Translations under genes and position numbers: made by a program | The notes under the pieces: model-generated | What the model saw: the letters and a program-made list of their open reading frames with translations, nothing else | What the model was told of the DNA's origin: nothing | The model's database searches: none | NCBI GenBank assembly: GCA_000165425.1 | Contig: CT867993.1 | Location: forward strand, 1-64,000 | DNA length: 64,000 nt | Origin: Paramecium tetraurelia | Lineage: Eukaryota | Direction: 5' to 3' | Shown here: piece after piece, positions 1-13,050 of the stretch | How the letters are laid out: each line of letters opens with the position of its first letter | Numbering within the stretch: the stretch's first letter is position 1

Positions 1-15
1 CCCAAAACCCAAACC
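1..15. repeat. Telomeric repeat remnant (C3A3-like), probable macronuclear chromosome end
   Basis: Window starts CCCAAAACCCAAACC. Paramecium telomeres are mixed C4A2/C3A3. Only about 2 imperfect units are present. Confidence 0.5.
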
Positions 16-826
16 TCGAAGGTCAAAAGTACATAATGTATATTGCTCCAATACATTTGAAATCGATTCAAATTTTGAATTATAGTTAATTTACGAATAA
101 ACTGTTTTTTTTTTTAAATTCTAAAAATTTATCAAAACAATATAAAATTAGAATTTTGTTAATTTTATTTTCAAATAAATATGAATTCATTTTATATAGA
201 AGAAGTAGGTTAATATAATATAAATATATTAAGGATTTCATAATTAATAGATGAAGCATTTTCTTTGTGATATTTCTTTTGAAATTTATTACGTCTGTTT
301 GCTGAGAATTATTTTTTGCCAAATAAATTTGTCTAGATTTCTACTTTTTATCTAATTAAAACTAATAAACAATTAGTTCTTATTCCTCGCCTACAATAAA
401 ATAATATAGAAATTTTAAATATAGTAGTGTTGTTGGAGAAGGATCTTTTTTAATGGTATTTAAAAATTGCTTAAGTTGGATCAATAAAAGATCAGAGTAA
501 AGGATATTAGGATTTTAGAAATTATAAAAATATATAATTTCATGGAACTCAAAATATAACTCTAAGAAATATTAGACCTTATTCTAGAAGATTGTTTTAA
601 AATAAAAATTCAAATTCTTAAAAATCCATTATTATTAAATTTGAGCCTAAGAGATGCTTTGATGTATTTCAATAAATTATTGGAAATATACAATTAAGAT
701 TTTTCCATAATGTCCCTCAACAGATTGATTTTTGCATTTAATTTTCTCAAAAGTAAACAACACATGATGAAAATTTCAAAAGAAATTATCAGAGAGAATA
801 CTATTTGAGAATGATTAACTGTTGAT

Positions 827-3800
827 ATGATAAAGATAATTTAATATAATAGGGGTGATAAGGGTGTACAACAATCAATTAGGAATTTTTGATTGTATTG
901 TATTAAACGACAAAATACAATTAAGAGGAGGAGGTATTTGCTCTTCGTCATCAAAAATTATAAAAAATTAACAAAAAAGAGAGGAATTGAAGAACAAATT
1001 GTAATAACTTATGAATATCAATGGAGTGATTGATTTGCAACAACAAACATTAATCAAAGAGAGTTTAGATTTAATTGTGAGCATCTATAAGGATGAGAAA
1101 GAAAATCAAACCGTCTTTTTGGAGAATCAGTATCACCAATAATTTCATTTATATGTTAAATAGATAAATACTATATTGATAGAGAACAAAGGTTAAGTCG
1201 GAAAATGGTATTTAGAATAATACTTAGAATTGATTAGCATTTCTTTAGAAAATTTTTCAATATATGCATCTTAAAAGAAAAGCTTGAATATAATAGACTT
1301 ATTTATATAAATTTCAAGGCAAAAAAATAATAATTAAATCATCCCATAATTGATTGAAGCTGCTAATATTTTACTTGTAGATGTATAATGTAGATATTAC
1401 CATTAATTATAAAAATTTGAAACATTTTTTTTTTTTAAGACTTTGAATGTAGTAATAAAAGAAATGGTTGCTAAGGGTTTATAAGTTGAAGCCAAAAACA
1501 ACTTTGACAAAATCAAACATTAATACATTTAAAATTCTTCAAATTGGACTCTCCATAATTTTTGGATTGAGTTTTTAGTGGATCTTCTTATTTTTTGTTA
1601 CAAATTTAAGGAATAGAATACTTAAGCCTCTAAAGTATTAGGGATTAATGAGGCAAATAAGATTATATCATATATTTGGAATCAGGAAGGAGAAAACATA
1701 TTTGAAATTTATATAAACAATTTCCATTATACAGAATTTAACAAAAAAAGATGGAAATGTATTGATAATCATGAATTTCATCGGTTGTAGAGAATATTAA
1801 GTATGTTTACAAGCTTAGTTAAATAAATTGAGACTTAATTCTAAGAATTACAATCATCTGAAGATTAGGCAAACATATTACAGATTTGTTAAATTTTCTA
1901 TCATGATTTTCTAATTACTTAAATTTATCTCATAGAAATGTCATAATCCATATATAGGATATAAGAAATCATATAAAAGTCCAGTAAAATGATACCTCTC
2001 ATTAATAATACAATAGCAGAAATAAAGAGTCATTTTAATATTGACAATATTTATATTTGTTATTGCTAACTTTACATGATGGAAAAGAATAAGTTTGATA
2101 GAAATAAATTTTTAACACATGGAAGTATAATTTAGTTGCGGAGCCAAATACAATAATTAAGTCAGCTAGTCTATTCAATTTAAACTCTAATTCTTTAAGA
2201 AAGATTATTAAAGTTAAGTATAGAATCTAAATGGAATCCTTCATAGTTTTAAATGAAATAGATATTTAAATCAGAAACTTTTAATTCAATTGAATAATCA
2301 TCTTCAATCATTGAGAACTTAGACGATTTGTCATTATAAATTACCATTCATCTTTTATAATATAAGAATATCAAATTACTTTAGAAAATATATGATTTGA
2401 AAATGAAACGCATTAATTCTAGACTTCATTAGGATGATTATATAGTGTAAATCAAAGACAAAATTGCTGCATTAAAAAATTTGAGGCTAAATTTATACAA
2501 AATACAAGAACTTGGCCCTTTGTAAGATTAATTTAAAAGAATTACCGAAAATACCTACTTTCATGCAGAACAATATATAATTAGAGGATAAGAAGAGTCT
2601 GATTCTAATATTGGAGATTTATTTTTTTGGAATGAATTGGAATTCCCATTAATTTATAAATCATAATATTAAGAAATTGAATAAATTAGTGTCTAATCTT
2701 ATGGGGATGAATACAAGGTAGGATAATGCTTAAAATTTCATTTTTAAGCAATCAAAGATTATCTAGAAAACCAGAAATCGAGTATAAATTCATTAAATAC
2801 ACAATCAAACTCCAATAATACAAATAGCTGTAAATTTTAAGAAATTTTGGAAATTTATTAATAAGTTGATTATGCTTGTAATAAATTAAATAAGGACGAA
2901 GAAACTGTTGAAAAAAAATTTGAGCTTGAAGAGTTGATTAAATAAAAAGCTGAAAAAATATTACAAAAAAACAAAATTTATATTGAATTGAAGGCCTAGC
3001 AAAGAAAGTTTACTGGGAATCAATTTGTTTAAGTAGATTAATCTAGAAAATTATTCATAGAAATCTAATCTGATTAAGATCCATATAATTTTTTAGATGC
3101 TGAAATTAATGACTTTATTTGGTCAAAAGAGAATCAAAATGTCGCGTTGGTAATATCTGGTCCAAATGGATGTGGTAAAACAAATACTTTGAGAAGATTA
3201 GAAAAATAATTGTTGTAACATTATAAAATCAATCTATGTGGTCATAATTGGATTCCAATATATTTCAATCTTTTGAAATATAACCCTTAAGAGAACCTAT
3301 TAATATAAGCCATAAAATTTTAGTATATAGAACAAAATCAAATGCTTCAAAAATTTTACTAAGCAATTCTTAGAGGCCAAGAAAATGTTGTATTAATCTT
3401 GGATAATTATAATTCAAACGAAGATTTAATTTTATTAAATTAATTATAAAGAAAAATAAAGAATCTTAATTAAAATGTGACTTTAAAAATTATTATGGCA
3501 ACAAGAAAAGACGTTAATTCTTTAAAGCATCTTAAGAAAAAAAACCTGCAATTTACAGAAGTATAACTTATTAATAGTGAATAATAGTAAGAATACATAA
3601 AGCAATCATATAAAATATTAATAATTAATTAAATAATTAAAGTATAGAAATAGTCTTAAAATGATAATAATTTAGACTTGGAAACAAAAATATAAATTGA
3701 TTTACTGTTTTAATAAATTCCAATTTTTTATTTAATACCAGAAACTATTGAATGTAATTTAAGTTTGTAATTGAGGAAAATCATTAAAAATATAAAATTT

Positions 3801-6695
3801 GAAACATTGTTATATTAGAAAATGAAGAAAATGAAATACTTCTTAGAAAACCTTCTTATTCCATATTTGAAAGATATACTACTAACTCCTCTGTTGCTTA
3901 AAATCGCTATTAAACATTTGCAAAACACAGAAAATTTAGAATCCTTAAAATCTATAAATATAAATGGTAGAGTAAAGACTCTTAAAAAGGATCAGGAGCT
4001 AATTTTATTGCCAAGTAATGCATAAATTTTTTCTAAATACAAAGTTTTAGAATTTTTCATGAGTTAATGTCATACTAAGAGAAAATAAAAAAATGAAACC
4101 TCGGACTTGCAAATTTCTTTTGAAGAATTTTAGAACAATTTAAAATTAACTTGTTTAAATGATTTAAATGAACAATCATAATTATAATCCCTGATTCTGA
4201 AAAATAATTAGGAAGGCTTTAGTCTTGAAATTTCAGAATTAAGTTCCAGTACTAATAGTAAATTGATTACTTTCAATAATAACTAAGTTTAATTTCTTCA
4301 TTAATAAATTCTAGATTTCTTTATTGCTTAAAAAATTCTAAAATATTTACAGGTGAAAAATGAGATAACTAACTTCTTGAATAATGAATAAGTTAATCTA
4401 TCATAAAAACAGAATGAATAGGTTGTTGAATTATTAATTGATCGATTGAAAAATGATGAATTTAGAAAAAAAAATCTCAAAGAAGTCTTAAAGTTGTCAA
4501 TAAATGACAAATCAAAAGTTAGAGCATCATCGAATGGAATATTTTTATTATCTAAAATGGGAGCTTGTTTAGAAAATGAGAATTTTAAAGGCATTATAAT
4601 TGAAAATACTAGTATGATAGGATTGAATTCGATTAATTGTGACTTTACAGAATGTAAAATTAAAAACGTTGATATAGATTTCTGCAATCTTAATTGTTGC
4701 AAATTTATGAATTCGGAATTTTAAAATGCTTCATGTTGTGAATTTCCAGAAATATAAGAAAATGAAGAAGTCTTACAAGTTATCTCTTTTAAATAAGATC
4801 AACAGTTAGCTGTACTAAAACAGAATGGGAAGGTAAACATTTGGAATGTAGAAGCAGTAGAGAGGGATGTAGAAATTGAGAACATTATTAAGAACAAATA
4901 TAAATAGATAATAATTTCAAAAGATGATTCTACATTGATTGCACTAACAGATTATTAGATAGAGTTCTGGAATTTAAATAAATATGTTTCGACAGCTCAC
5001 ATAAGCTTTATAAGTAAAAGTAAATATATGTTTCTATCGCCAGATAATACCTTATTAATATGCAATAGTTAGAATTAGGATATAGAAAAAGTAAAATACA
5101 CTCAAAGTGATTAAATATGGAGAAAATAACAAATACCTTTATCACTTAAGTAAGATGCAGTATAAATGGCTATTAACCATTCGAATGAACTCTTAGTTGT
5201 TAGAAATACATCAAATTAAATAAAATTTTTCAACCTTTCCACATCTAATGAAATTATAATAACACAACAAATTTCTGGGAATGCATTTACATCTACAGCA
5301 GATGGAGAAAGATTAATAATATAACATAAAAATTAAATTGACTTCTATTAATTTGAAATATCTAATGGAACTTTAAATTATTTAAAGCATTTTAATATCT
5401 CTAAATTAGAAAATCCAAAAGGATTGTATATATGTCAAAATTCTGAGATTATATTAATTCAAGGTCAGAATCAAACTAAAATTTTCTATGAAAGGACACA
5501 GTAATTGTAATAACTCCCAAAAAGGTTTTATGGAGAAAATTCAGTTCTTTCTAGAAATGGAGAAATCTTCATTAATTGGAAGGATAACAAAGTGCAGTTA
5601 TGGGATTTGAAATCTTTAAATAAAACAAAATAAAAAGAAGAAATAGATGATTATGTAAAATGTTGTTAATATTCTCCTGATGGTTAAAAATTATTGATAG
5701 TTTCATCTAAAAAGACTTTATTTTATAATATAGATTAGAAAATATACCATTGGATTTTTGAATCAATTTATTCTTTTTGTTTTCATCCAACAAAGGAAAT
5801 TTTGGTGACTTTTTCAAAACAAGGATTAAAATTTTGGAGGATCAATACTGAACATTAACTTATATCATTGCCAAAATTTGATATATTTTAAGAATTTGAA
5901 GTACAAAAATTGATATTCTCATAAAATGGTGAATGGTTGGTTTTTTGTAATAAGAACATTGTAAGCATTATGAACGTATTAAAAGTTCTTAAGGTTAGTA
6001 ATTAAATTGATTAACTCGAGAACATTATATAAATTCCTGGGTTTAATTACAATGAGAAAGACTAATTCAACTTTAGTAAAAATTTGTTGTAATATAGCTT
6101 CGATAATTAATAACTTCTTAAATTCAATCCTCAGGAACAGAAGTGCGAAATTTTATAAAATTTTGATTCAAATTGTGAAGCTTAAACCTTTTCTCCAACA
6201 GGTAAATATATTGCGTATGGAGAGAAAAGTGAAAAAAAAGTAATTATTTACAATATCTCTAATTAAAAGAATTTTATAACATATAAAGTTTAACATGAAA
6301 TAAATGCAATATACTTTTCTAATAATGAAAAATAATTATATTTTGTGACATAAAAACATACTGAAATATAAATTTATTTTATTTTAGAAAGAAATAGTAT
6401 ACGAATGCTTTAATAAATGCAAGTAATTAAATCACATCGAATAATAAGATCTCTTTCGCTTCATCCTAAAAATGTTTAATTTTTAGTGGTAGGTAAAAGT
6501 GGAGAGATATTGTTTTATAATAAAAAATAGGATTAGAATGAATATGAAATGTGTGTAAAAATGGGTGAGTCAGATGAATTATGTTCTTTAAATAGTGATA
6601 TATCTTTATTAAGAATTACTTCTAATATTAAACAACAGAATTTACGTTTATTATTATTATAAAAAGGAGCCAAAACTTAACCAATTAATGCCTGA
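827..6695 (+). CDS. Large NACHT-like NTPase + pentapeptide repeat + WD40 protein (NLR-like architecture)
   Basis: Code 6, one frame from about 883 to TGA 6693-6695 (spot-checked). Walker A VISGPNGCGKT at about 3150-3183; pentapeptide stretch 4560-4740; WD40-like repeats 4750-6600 (VNIWNV, IEFWNL, VQLWDL, YSPDG, FHPTKE, FSPTG). Start inferred via a 28-nt intron at 855-882. Confidence 0.8.
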
Positions 6696-7380
6696 CCTTT
6701 CTATATTTATATTCAAAATTCTTTATTCTTAATCAATCAAAAATATTTTAACTTCCTATACATTCCTTATTTATGTAATTGCACATTTTCACCTTACTCC
6801 TGAATTAAATTCTATCTCTCTTTGAATTCAATTCAGAAGAACTAAATGGTGATTAAATACTGATGTACTTAAATTAAATTCATATATGATATCGTTTTGG
6901 CCATCAGAATATGCTGAAGTTCATTTTAAAAAGATAATTAATATTGATATAGCAATTTCAGATTCCTAGCTCAGGTTTTGAATGAATAATAATAAATTAT
7001 TTCTTTAGAAATATTGATTTTCTCCTGAAAAAAATCTAATAGATTCAGTCTTTGAAAGATTCTCAAAATATTTAATGCTGTCAAAAAATTTTAATCATTT
7101 ATTATTTTTGTCTTTTTTTCATATATATATCCCCATATTTTTCATTTAGGTTAAGCTTAAATTAATCATTTAAATAAAATTTTCAATTTTTTTAATCCAA
7201 CTTCTTATTTTTAGGGATTTAAAATTCTTTTCGGTTTTTTCATTAGCACTAATACCTAAAGAGCATGGTTTAGAGAAATGACGATAAGAAAATTCAGTAT
7301 TAATATTTTGGTAAAGTCTAAAATAGAAATAATATAAAGGGTTTATCTAATTTTTATAAATATATTATATTCTTTTAAAT

Positions 7381-7967
7381 ATGGGTTGCCTTACTTCCTC
7401 TTCAAAAGAAGAAGATATAAGCATGGCTTTGCAAAGTTCTAAGAAACTTAAAATTGTAATAGTTGGACTAGAAGGAAGTGGAAAAACCTCAATACTTCAA
7501 TATTTGAAGAATGGAAAATTTATAGAAGCTTAGCCTACAATAGGTATTGCAAAATGAAATTAGGTTTGAATGTGGAAACAATTTAATTTAAGGCAAGACA
7601 TTATTTAGTATTTGATGTTGGTGGGAAGGTTAGAACATTATGGTCTCATTACTATGAAAATTTAGATGGATTGGTATTTGTAATTGATACAACCGATCCA
7701 GAAAGAATAGAAATTGTTAAAAATGAATTAAAAAAATTGGGAAGCGAAATAAAGTAGAAAGTATGAAGTCATCTAAAATAGATAGTGTTGCTAATATATT
7801 TGAATAAAATAGATTTACCAAGATCAGCACCTATGGAATTATCTAAGGATATTCAATAGCAGGAATCAGATGTAATAATGCAGAGATGCAGTGCAAAAAC
7901 AGGAGAAGGTATTTGGGAAGGTATCGATAAAATGAATAAATTATTGGATCATAAATTTTAATAGTGA
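7381..7967 (+). CDS. Arf/Arl family small GTPase
   Basis: MGCLTSS N-terminus; GLEGSGKTS, PTIGLNVE, DVGG, NKID, CSAK motifs; two introns of 20-21 nt. Confidence 0.92.
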
Positions 7968-7980
7968 TATAATTTATTTA

Positions 7981-8730
7981 ATGTTTGGATATGCTTTACG
8001 AAAGTTAAGTAATCTTAGATTCAACTTCTGTAATTAGAATAAGCAAAGTTAAGGGAAGCCAGGCAATAAAGCGGCATCTACTAATTATTCTTACACTTTC
8101 GATGTGATAAATCACTATGATCAAATCAGTAAAATCAAAGGAAAAGGAGCAATAGTTTCACTCATGCCTTGTTATGTAAGATAAAATATGATGTAGCCTC
8201 AATATCAAGTGACTAAATTTGGTTCTGTCGTTGCAAAGATGAAGTATTCAAGAAATTATATTTATTTATGGAGATTTTAACCTATAGCAGAAATAGGAAA
8301 AGAAGTATAAAAGAATCTATTCAATTCTAGGTTAATAATAAAGAATCTTTAAATTTTCCAATCAGCTATGAGAACTGTGGTTATATTATAGATTTATGCG
8401 ATCATATGTCAACTAGCCCTGAAATCAAACTTGAAGAGTAGACCATCAAAGGCAATTTAACCTTCACAGTTTAAATTGACTATGCCAATAAAGCTGCTCG
8501 TATCTCATTATAAGCAATTGCTTAATAATAGTAATAATAGCAATAATCTTAATAATAACAATAAGATTAGAAATACGAGGTTCAAATAGCTTTGGCACAA
8601 TTTAAATTAATGTGTGAATAAATGAAAGTAAGACTTTTTAATTTATTCTTAGTAAGGATTACCATTAGTGACTGGATGGATAATTCCTGAGAAATTTCTA
8701 TTTTAAACAAACAAGGAACAAGCAGAATGA
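7981..8730 (+). CDS. Putative mitochondrial Whirly-like ssDNA/RNA-binding protein
   Basis: Basic acid-free N-terminus MFGYALRKLSNLRFNF; KGKGAI motif (cf. Whirly KGKAAL); WRFQP; C-terminal LPLVTGW; three short introns keep the frame open. Confidence 0.6.
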
Positions 8731-9154
8731 TTAAAATAAATATTCACACCTCTTTAAAATAAATAGGTTTTGTTCAATATATTTACGCAATTCCTTAAAT
8801 TCTAGTTAATACTTGGTTTAAATTGATATTATTTTCAATTTTATTCAAAGGTCCTTCAACAATATTCATATATTCATAAATGAGTCTAATATATTTAGTT
8901 TCATTTACATTTCCCTGATCATATATATTCTTATATTTATAGTCTCCTATATCTATTGATAATTAATTTGCTAATTTATGTTTTTTTCATGCTATATTTG
9001 ATTAATAAGAGATCAGATATCCTAATCTTCGGTATTATTGTTACTTGGTTTGTTTATATGTCTTTTAACTACATAAATAATAATTTATTTATGTTAGATA
9101 GTGAAAGTTTTCCTATTAGAAATCCTCATAAATTATACATTTCAGGAAAGAATT

Positions 9155-10244
9155 ATGAAGCTGTAATCTTAACCATCATCTCCACATAAACTTACTAGGA
9201 TTAATGATTTAAAAAAACAAGTGGAAAACTATTTAGATATGTTAGAATCTAAAGTAACAATGGTAAAAGAGAAAGCGCTATCTGAGTCATCATAGCATAT
9301 AACGGTTATATGAGATAGGTGAAGGAGGACTTGAAATATTTAGAGGAGAAAAGCGTAGAGATGGAGAGATACTATAAAGATAACAAACGAATTCAAAATA
9401 TGGAGTAATAATTAGAATGGTTCAGAGAAGAAAGTGTTAAGCTATATACAAAAATAGAGGTAAAAAACAAAGATATCTTTGAATTGAAAATTAGATTACA
9501 AGAAGTTTAAAAAGAAAACGAGTTCCTTGAAGTATAAATTAAGTAATTGATGCGAAGGAATAAGAAATATGAAGTTATTAGACACGCAACAAGTGTGGCA
9601 ACAGAATAAATAAAAGAACAATAATTATTCTGCACTTAACCAAAACCTAAAAGAATTATGTCAGGTTATGCATAACCAAAACATATTAAATAATTGCAAG
9701 ATATCTTTGAGAGGATACCAAATGATGATCAAAATTAAATAATAAATGAAGTTGCTCAGTATGTTACATTTATTGAAAATCCTTAGACCAAGTAGATACA
9801 ATTATTACGCTTCAGAATTAGTGGTATTATTACGACTATAGAAAATGAATTAGCCAATTTGTCAATCAACAAAGGCATTTGCAACTAGAAGCGAGTATGA
9901 GGAATTCTTTATTGATTGTGTTGAGGTAATGAATAGTAAGTAAAAAGTAAGTTCGTAAAGATATTGTGCGTCGCCGTCAAATGTTCAGTAGATAATAGGT
10001 TATCTGATTTAATGTTTTTTAGAAAAAAGATAAATTAAAAGTACTAGAACTTGTTTTAATGAATGAAAATTGCTATAAGTCTTGCATTAGAAATTATTCC
10101 CAAGAATACATGCTGGATAGTTCTTCGAACCTACGACAATATTGACTGAATATTAGGATATATTTCATTAAATTGATAAAAAGCGAAGTTTTTCAACAAA
10201 AGACAGAATGATTATGAAAAATAGGGAAATTGTTGTATAAGTGA
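9155..10244 (+). CDS. Hypothetical coiled-coil protein
   Basis: Open code-6 frames with heptad-rich segments (AYNGYMRQVKEDLKYLEEK, LEWFREESVKL). Intron structure and 3' end uncertain. Confidence 0.55.
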
Positions 10245-10296
10245 TATATTTCATTTGCAATTCTAATTTTAATTGAATTTTTAATTAAATATTAAA

Positions 10297-11379
10297 ATGT
10301 ATCCGTAACCCATAGCTAGTGCCCCAGTGTAATCTGTGGTCTTAGGAACCAGCGGTATTCAAAGACCACCTTTCCAACCTTATTAATCACCAATTAAGGT
10401 TCCAACAGGATAGTCGATTTACACTTAATAAGGAATTTAGAATTAATACATTCAAAATCAATAGGTGAAAACAGTTTAGACCCATCACATGTAATTCAAT
10501 TAAAATAATGTAGGCATCACACACATGAATATAAGATACCCTAATATTAATATTAATAAAGATCGCCTTAATAGGTGCAACCTTAACAATTAGCTACTCC
10601 ACCTCCTTAATAGCCAGAAATAAATGAACTATATCATGTGGAAAGAGAAATGCAAGTGCTTTCAGTTGAGGATGTCGAAGAGCCATGGAAGAAGAAATGT
10701 GTAGAATTAGAAGTCAAGATTTATGACTTATAAACAGAATTGGCACGATATAAGAATTAGGGTTAAGAATTAAAGGTCACTTCTAATGAAGAGTTTTAAG
10801 TTAGAGAATTGGAAGCTAAAATAAAGATGATGAAGGATATTGAAGATGGATTAAGAAAGGAAATATAAAATTAATAGAGTGAAATCGATTCATGGAGATA
10901 GAGATATTAAAAATTGTAATTAGAATATTAGTAATTGTTGCAAGGAGGAGATGAAGTAAGATAATTAAGAGATGCATTGGCAGATAAAGAAAGACAAATA
11001 TTGAAATTAGAAGGAGCATTGAATCAACAATTAATGGAAATGCAAAATTAGAATAGAGTCATCTAGTATTTATATTATGTTATTACACATTAGAAATAAA
11101 GAATAAGAAATTGGATAATATAAATAAATGATTCGCCAACTAGAATCTGAAATGAGTGAATTCCAACAAACTAATGAAAAATTGAAATACTATTCAAATG
11201 AAGCAAATGTGTGGAAGGAAAAATTCATGAAAGCCAATTAAGATTATCACACTGCTTAAGAATAATGTATGATGGCTTAAGCAGAATTGGATTCATTGAA
11301 GAAACAAAAAACCATAACCACAACAGAGAAAACAACTTCAATCTAATAAAATAATGTAAGAAGACAATAATAATATTGA
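10297..11379 (+). CDS. Hypothetical Q/P-rich, coiled-coil protein
   Basis: MYPQPIASAPVQSVV start, several short introns, coiled-coil C-terminus, TGA at 11377. Confidence 0.65.
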
Positions 11380-11420
11380 TTCATATTAAAATAACAATAT
11401 TTTTGTATAAATATTAATTA

Positions 11421-12302
11421 ATGGTTTTCTACATCATTGGTTTAGGACTTGGGGATCATTTAGATATTACTGTCAAAGGACTTGAAGTATACCGTAAGTT
11501 TAAATTAGGCTGTAAAAACCTGCAAGGAAATTTATTTAGAAAGCTATACATCTATTCTTGGAATTAATAAATTAAAACTTCAAGAGTTTTATGGAAAAGA
11601 AGTCATCGAAGCTGATAGGGAATGTTGTGAAACCGGAATTGATAGAATACTTGAAAATGTTTCTGCAGATACTCAAAATAACTATGCATTCTTAGTAGTT
11701 GGAGATCCCTTTTGTGCAACTACACATACAGATCTCTTTTTAAGAGCAGTAAAATTGGGAATAAAAGTAGAAGTGATTCACAATGCTTCTATTATTAACG
11801 CTATTGGTTGCACAGGTTTACAAGTCTATAGGTTTGGGGAAACAGTATCTGTGCCATTCTTTACTGAAAAATGGAAGCCTTATAGTTTCTATCCTAAAAT
11901 TAAGGCTAATTTAGATCATAATTTGCATACTCTAGTTCTTTTAGATATAAAAGTTAAGGAAATTTCTGAAGAAAATTTAGCTAGAGGCAAAAAGATTTAT
12001 GAGGCTCCTAGATTTATGAGTACTCAAGTAGCTGTTGAATAAATTATAGAATCTGACAAATAATTGGGCTTAAATGCAATAGATGAAAAAACTAAATGCT
12101 TTGGAGTGGCTAGAGTTGGATTTGAGAGTTAAAAAGTAAATATTTATTGTATTTTGAGATTGTTTCTGGATTTTTACATGAGTTTTTAGAAATAGATATG
12201 GGGCTGCCTTTGCATTCATTTGTAATTTGTGCTAAAGAATTACATCCAATAGAAGAGGAAATGTTCTAGTTTTATAGAAATAATTAGCAAAAAATAGATT
12301 GA
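11421..12302 (+). CDS. DPH5: Diphthine methyl ester synthase
   Basis: [78 protein letters not shown]; 2 introns. Confidence 0.97.
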
Positions 12303-12313
12303 TTAATTTATTT

Positions 12314-12957
12314 TCATTCTTTTTGCATTTGTTCAATTAAATATTAAGGGTTGATTTTCTTTAATTAGCTTTTTGGAACTTAGACAATAATAGGCTTATT
12401 CTTTGTATCTTCAATAGGAGGAAGTTTGCTTGATGCTGATTGATCTTTAAGAGAATGTTTTTTATAGTAGGCAATAATTTGTTCATTTAGATCCAATTTT
12501 TATTGCTCTTCTAAATATCTACAGTATTATAAATGTTGATTACTGTTTGTCTTTTTTTTTCCTCTCTTAATTATCATATTTATTAGTTTTTGCATCAGTT
12601 TTAGGTGCACTTAATGAATGCTCATGTTATTAATTCTCTTCATCTCTTTGCAGTAACTTTTTTCTTCATCATAATTAATTATTTACATTAATCCATTTAA
12701 TTTAGTAGTCACAAAATCCTATTTGGCGATTAATTCTTCTAGTAACATAATTTAAGCAGCTCGTTCTTATTTTTCAATTTTATAAGTTTCCATTTACTCA
12801 GACAAATTTCTAATCAACTGAATTAATACTTATTTTATTTCTCCAATGCTTGTATTTTTTTTTAGAGAATGATTTTTTCTCTTTTCTACTCTAAAACTTG
12901 TTGCGAGAGTTGCAAATTTCGATCATCTGTTTTCAAGTTTTAATCAAAGTTTTCCAT
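12314..12957 (-). CDS. Hypothetical coiled-coil protein
   Basis: MENFDQNLKTDDRNLQLS start, Q/E/K-rich code-6 frame, TGA at 12314-12316. Confidence 0.55.
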
Positions 12958-13050
12958 AAATTATTAATTAATATAAAATTATATAATAAGTGGAAGAAGC
13001 AATAAGGGAAAGAAAGTTCTCATAATTAAAAGAGTCTTAATTATTTAAAA

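Noticed and set aside
425..800. Kinase-like VVGEGSF..VFK fragment near the telomere
   Set aside because: No convincing HRD, DFG or APE motifs follow; too degraded to call
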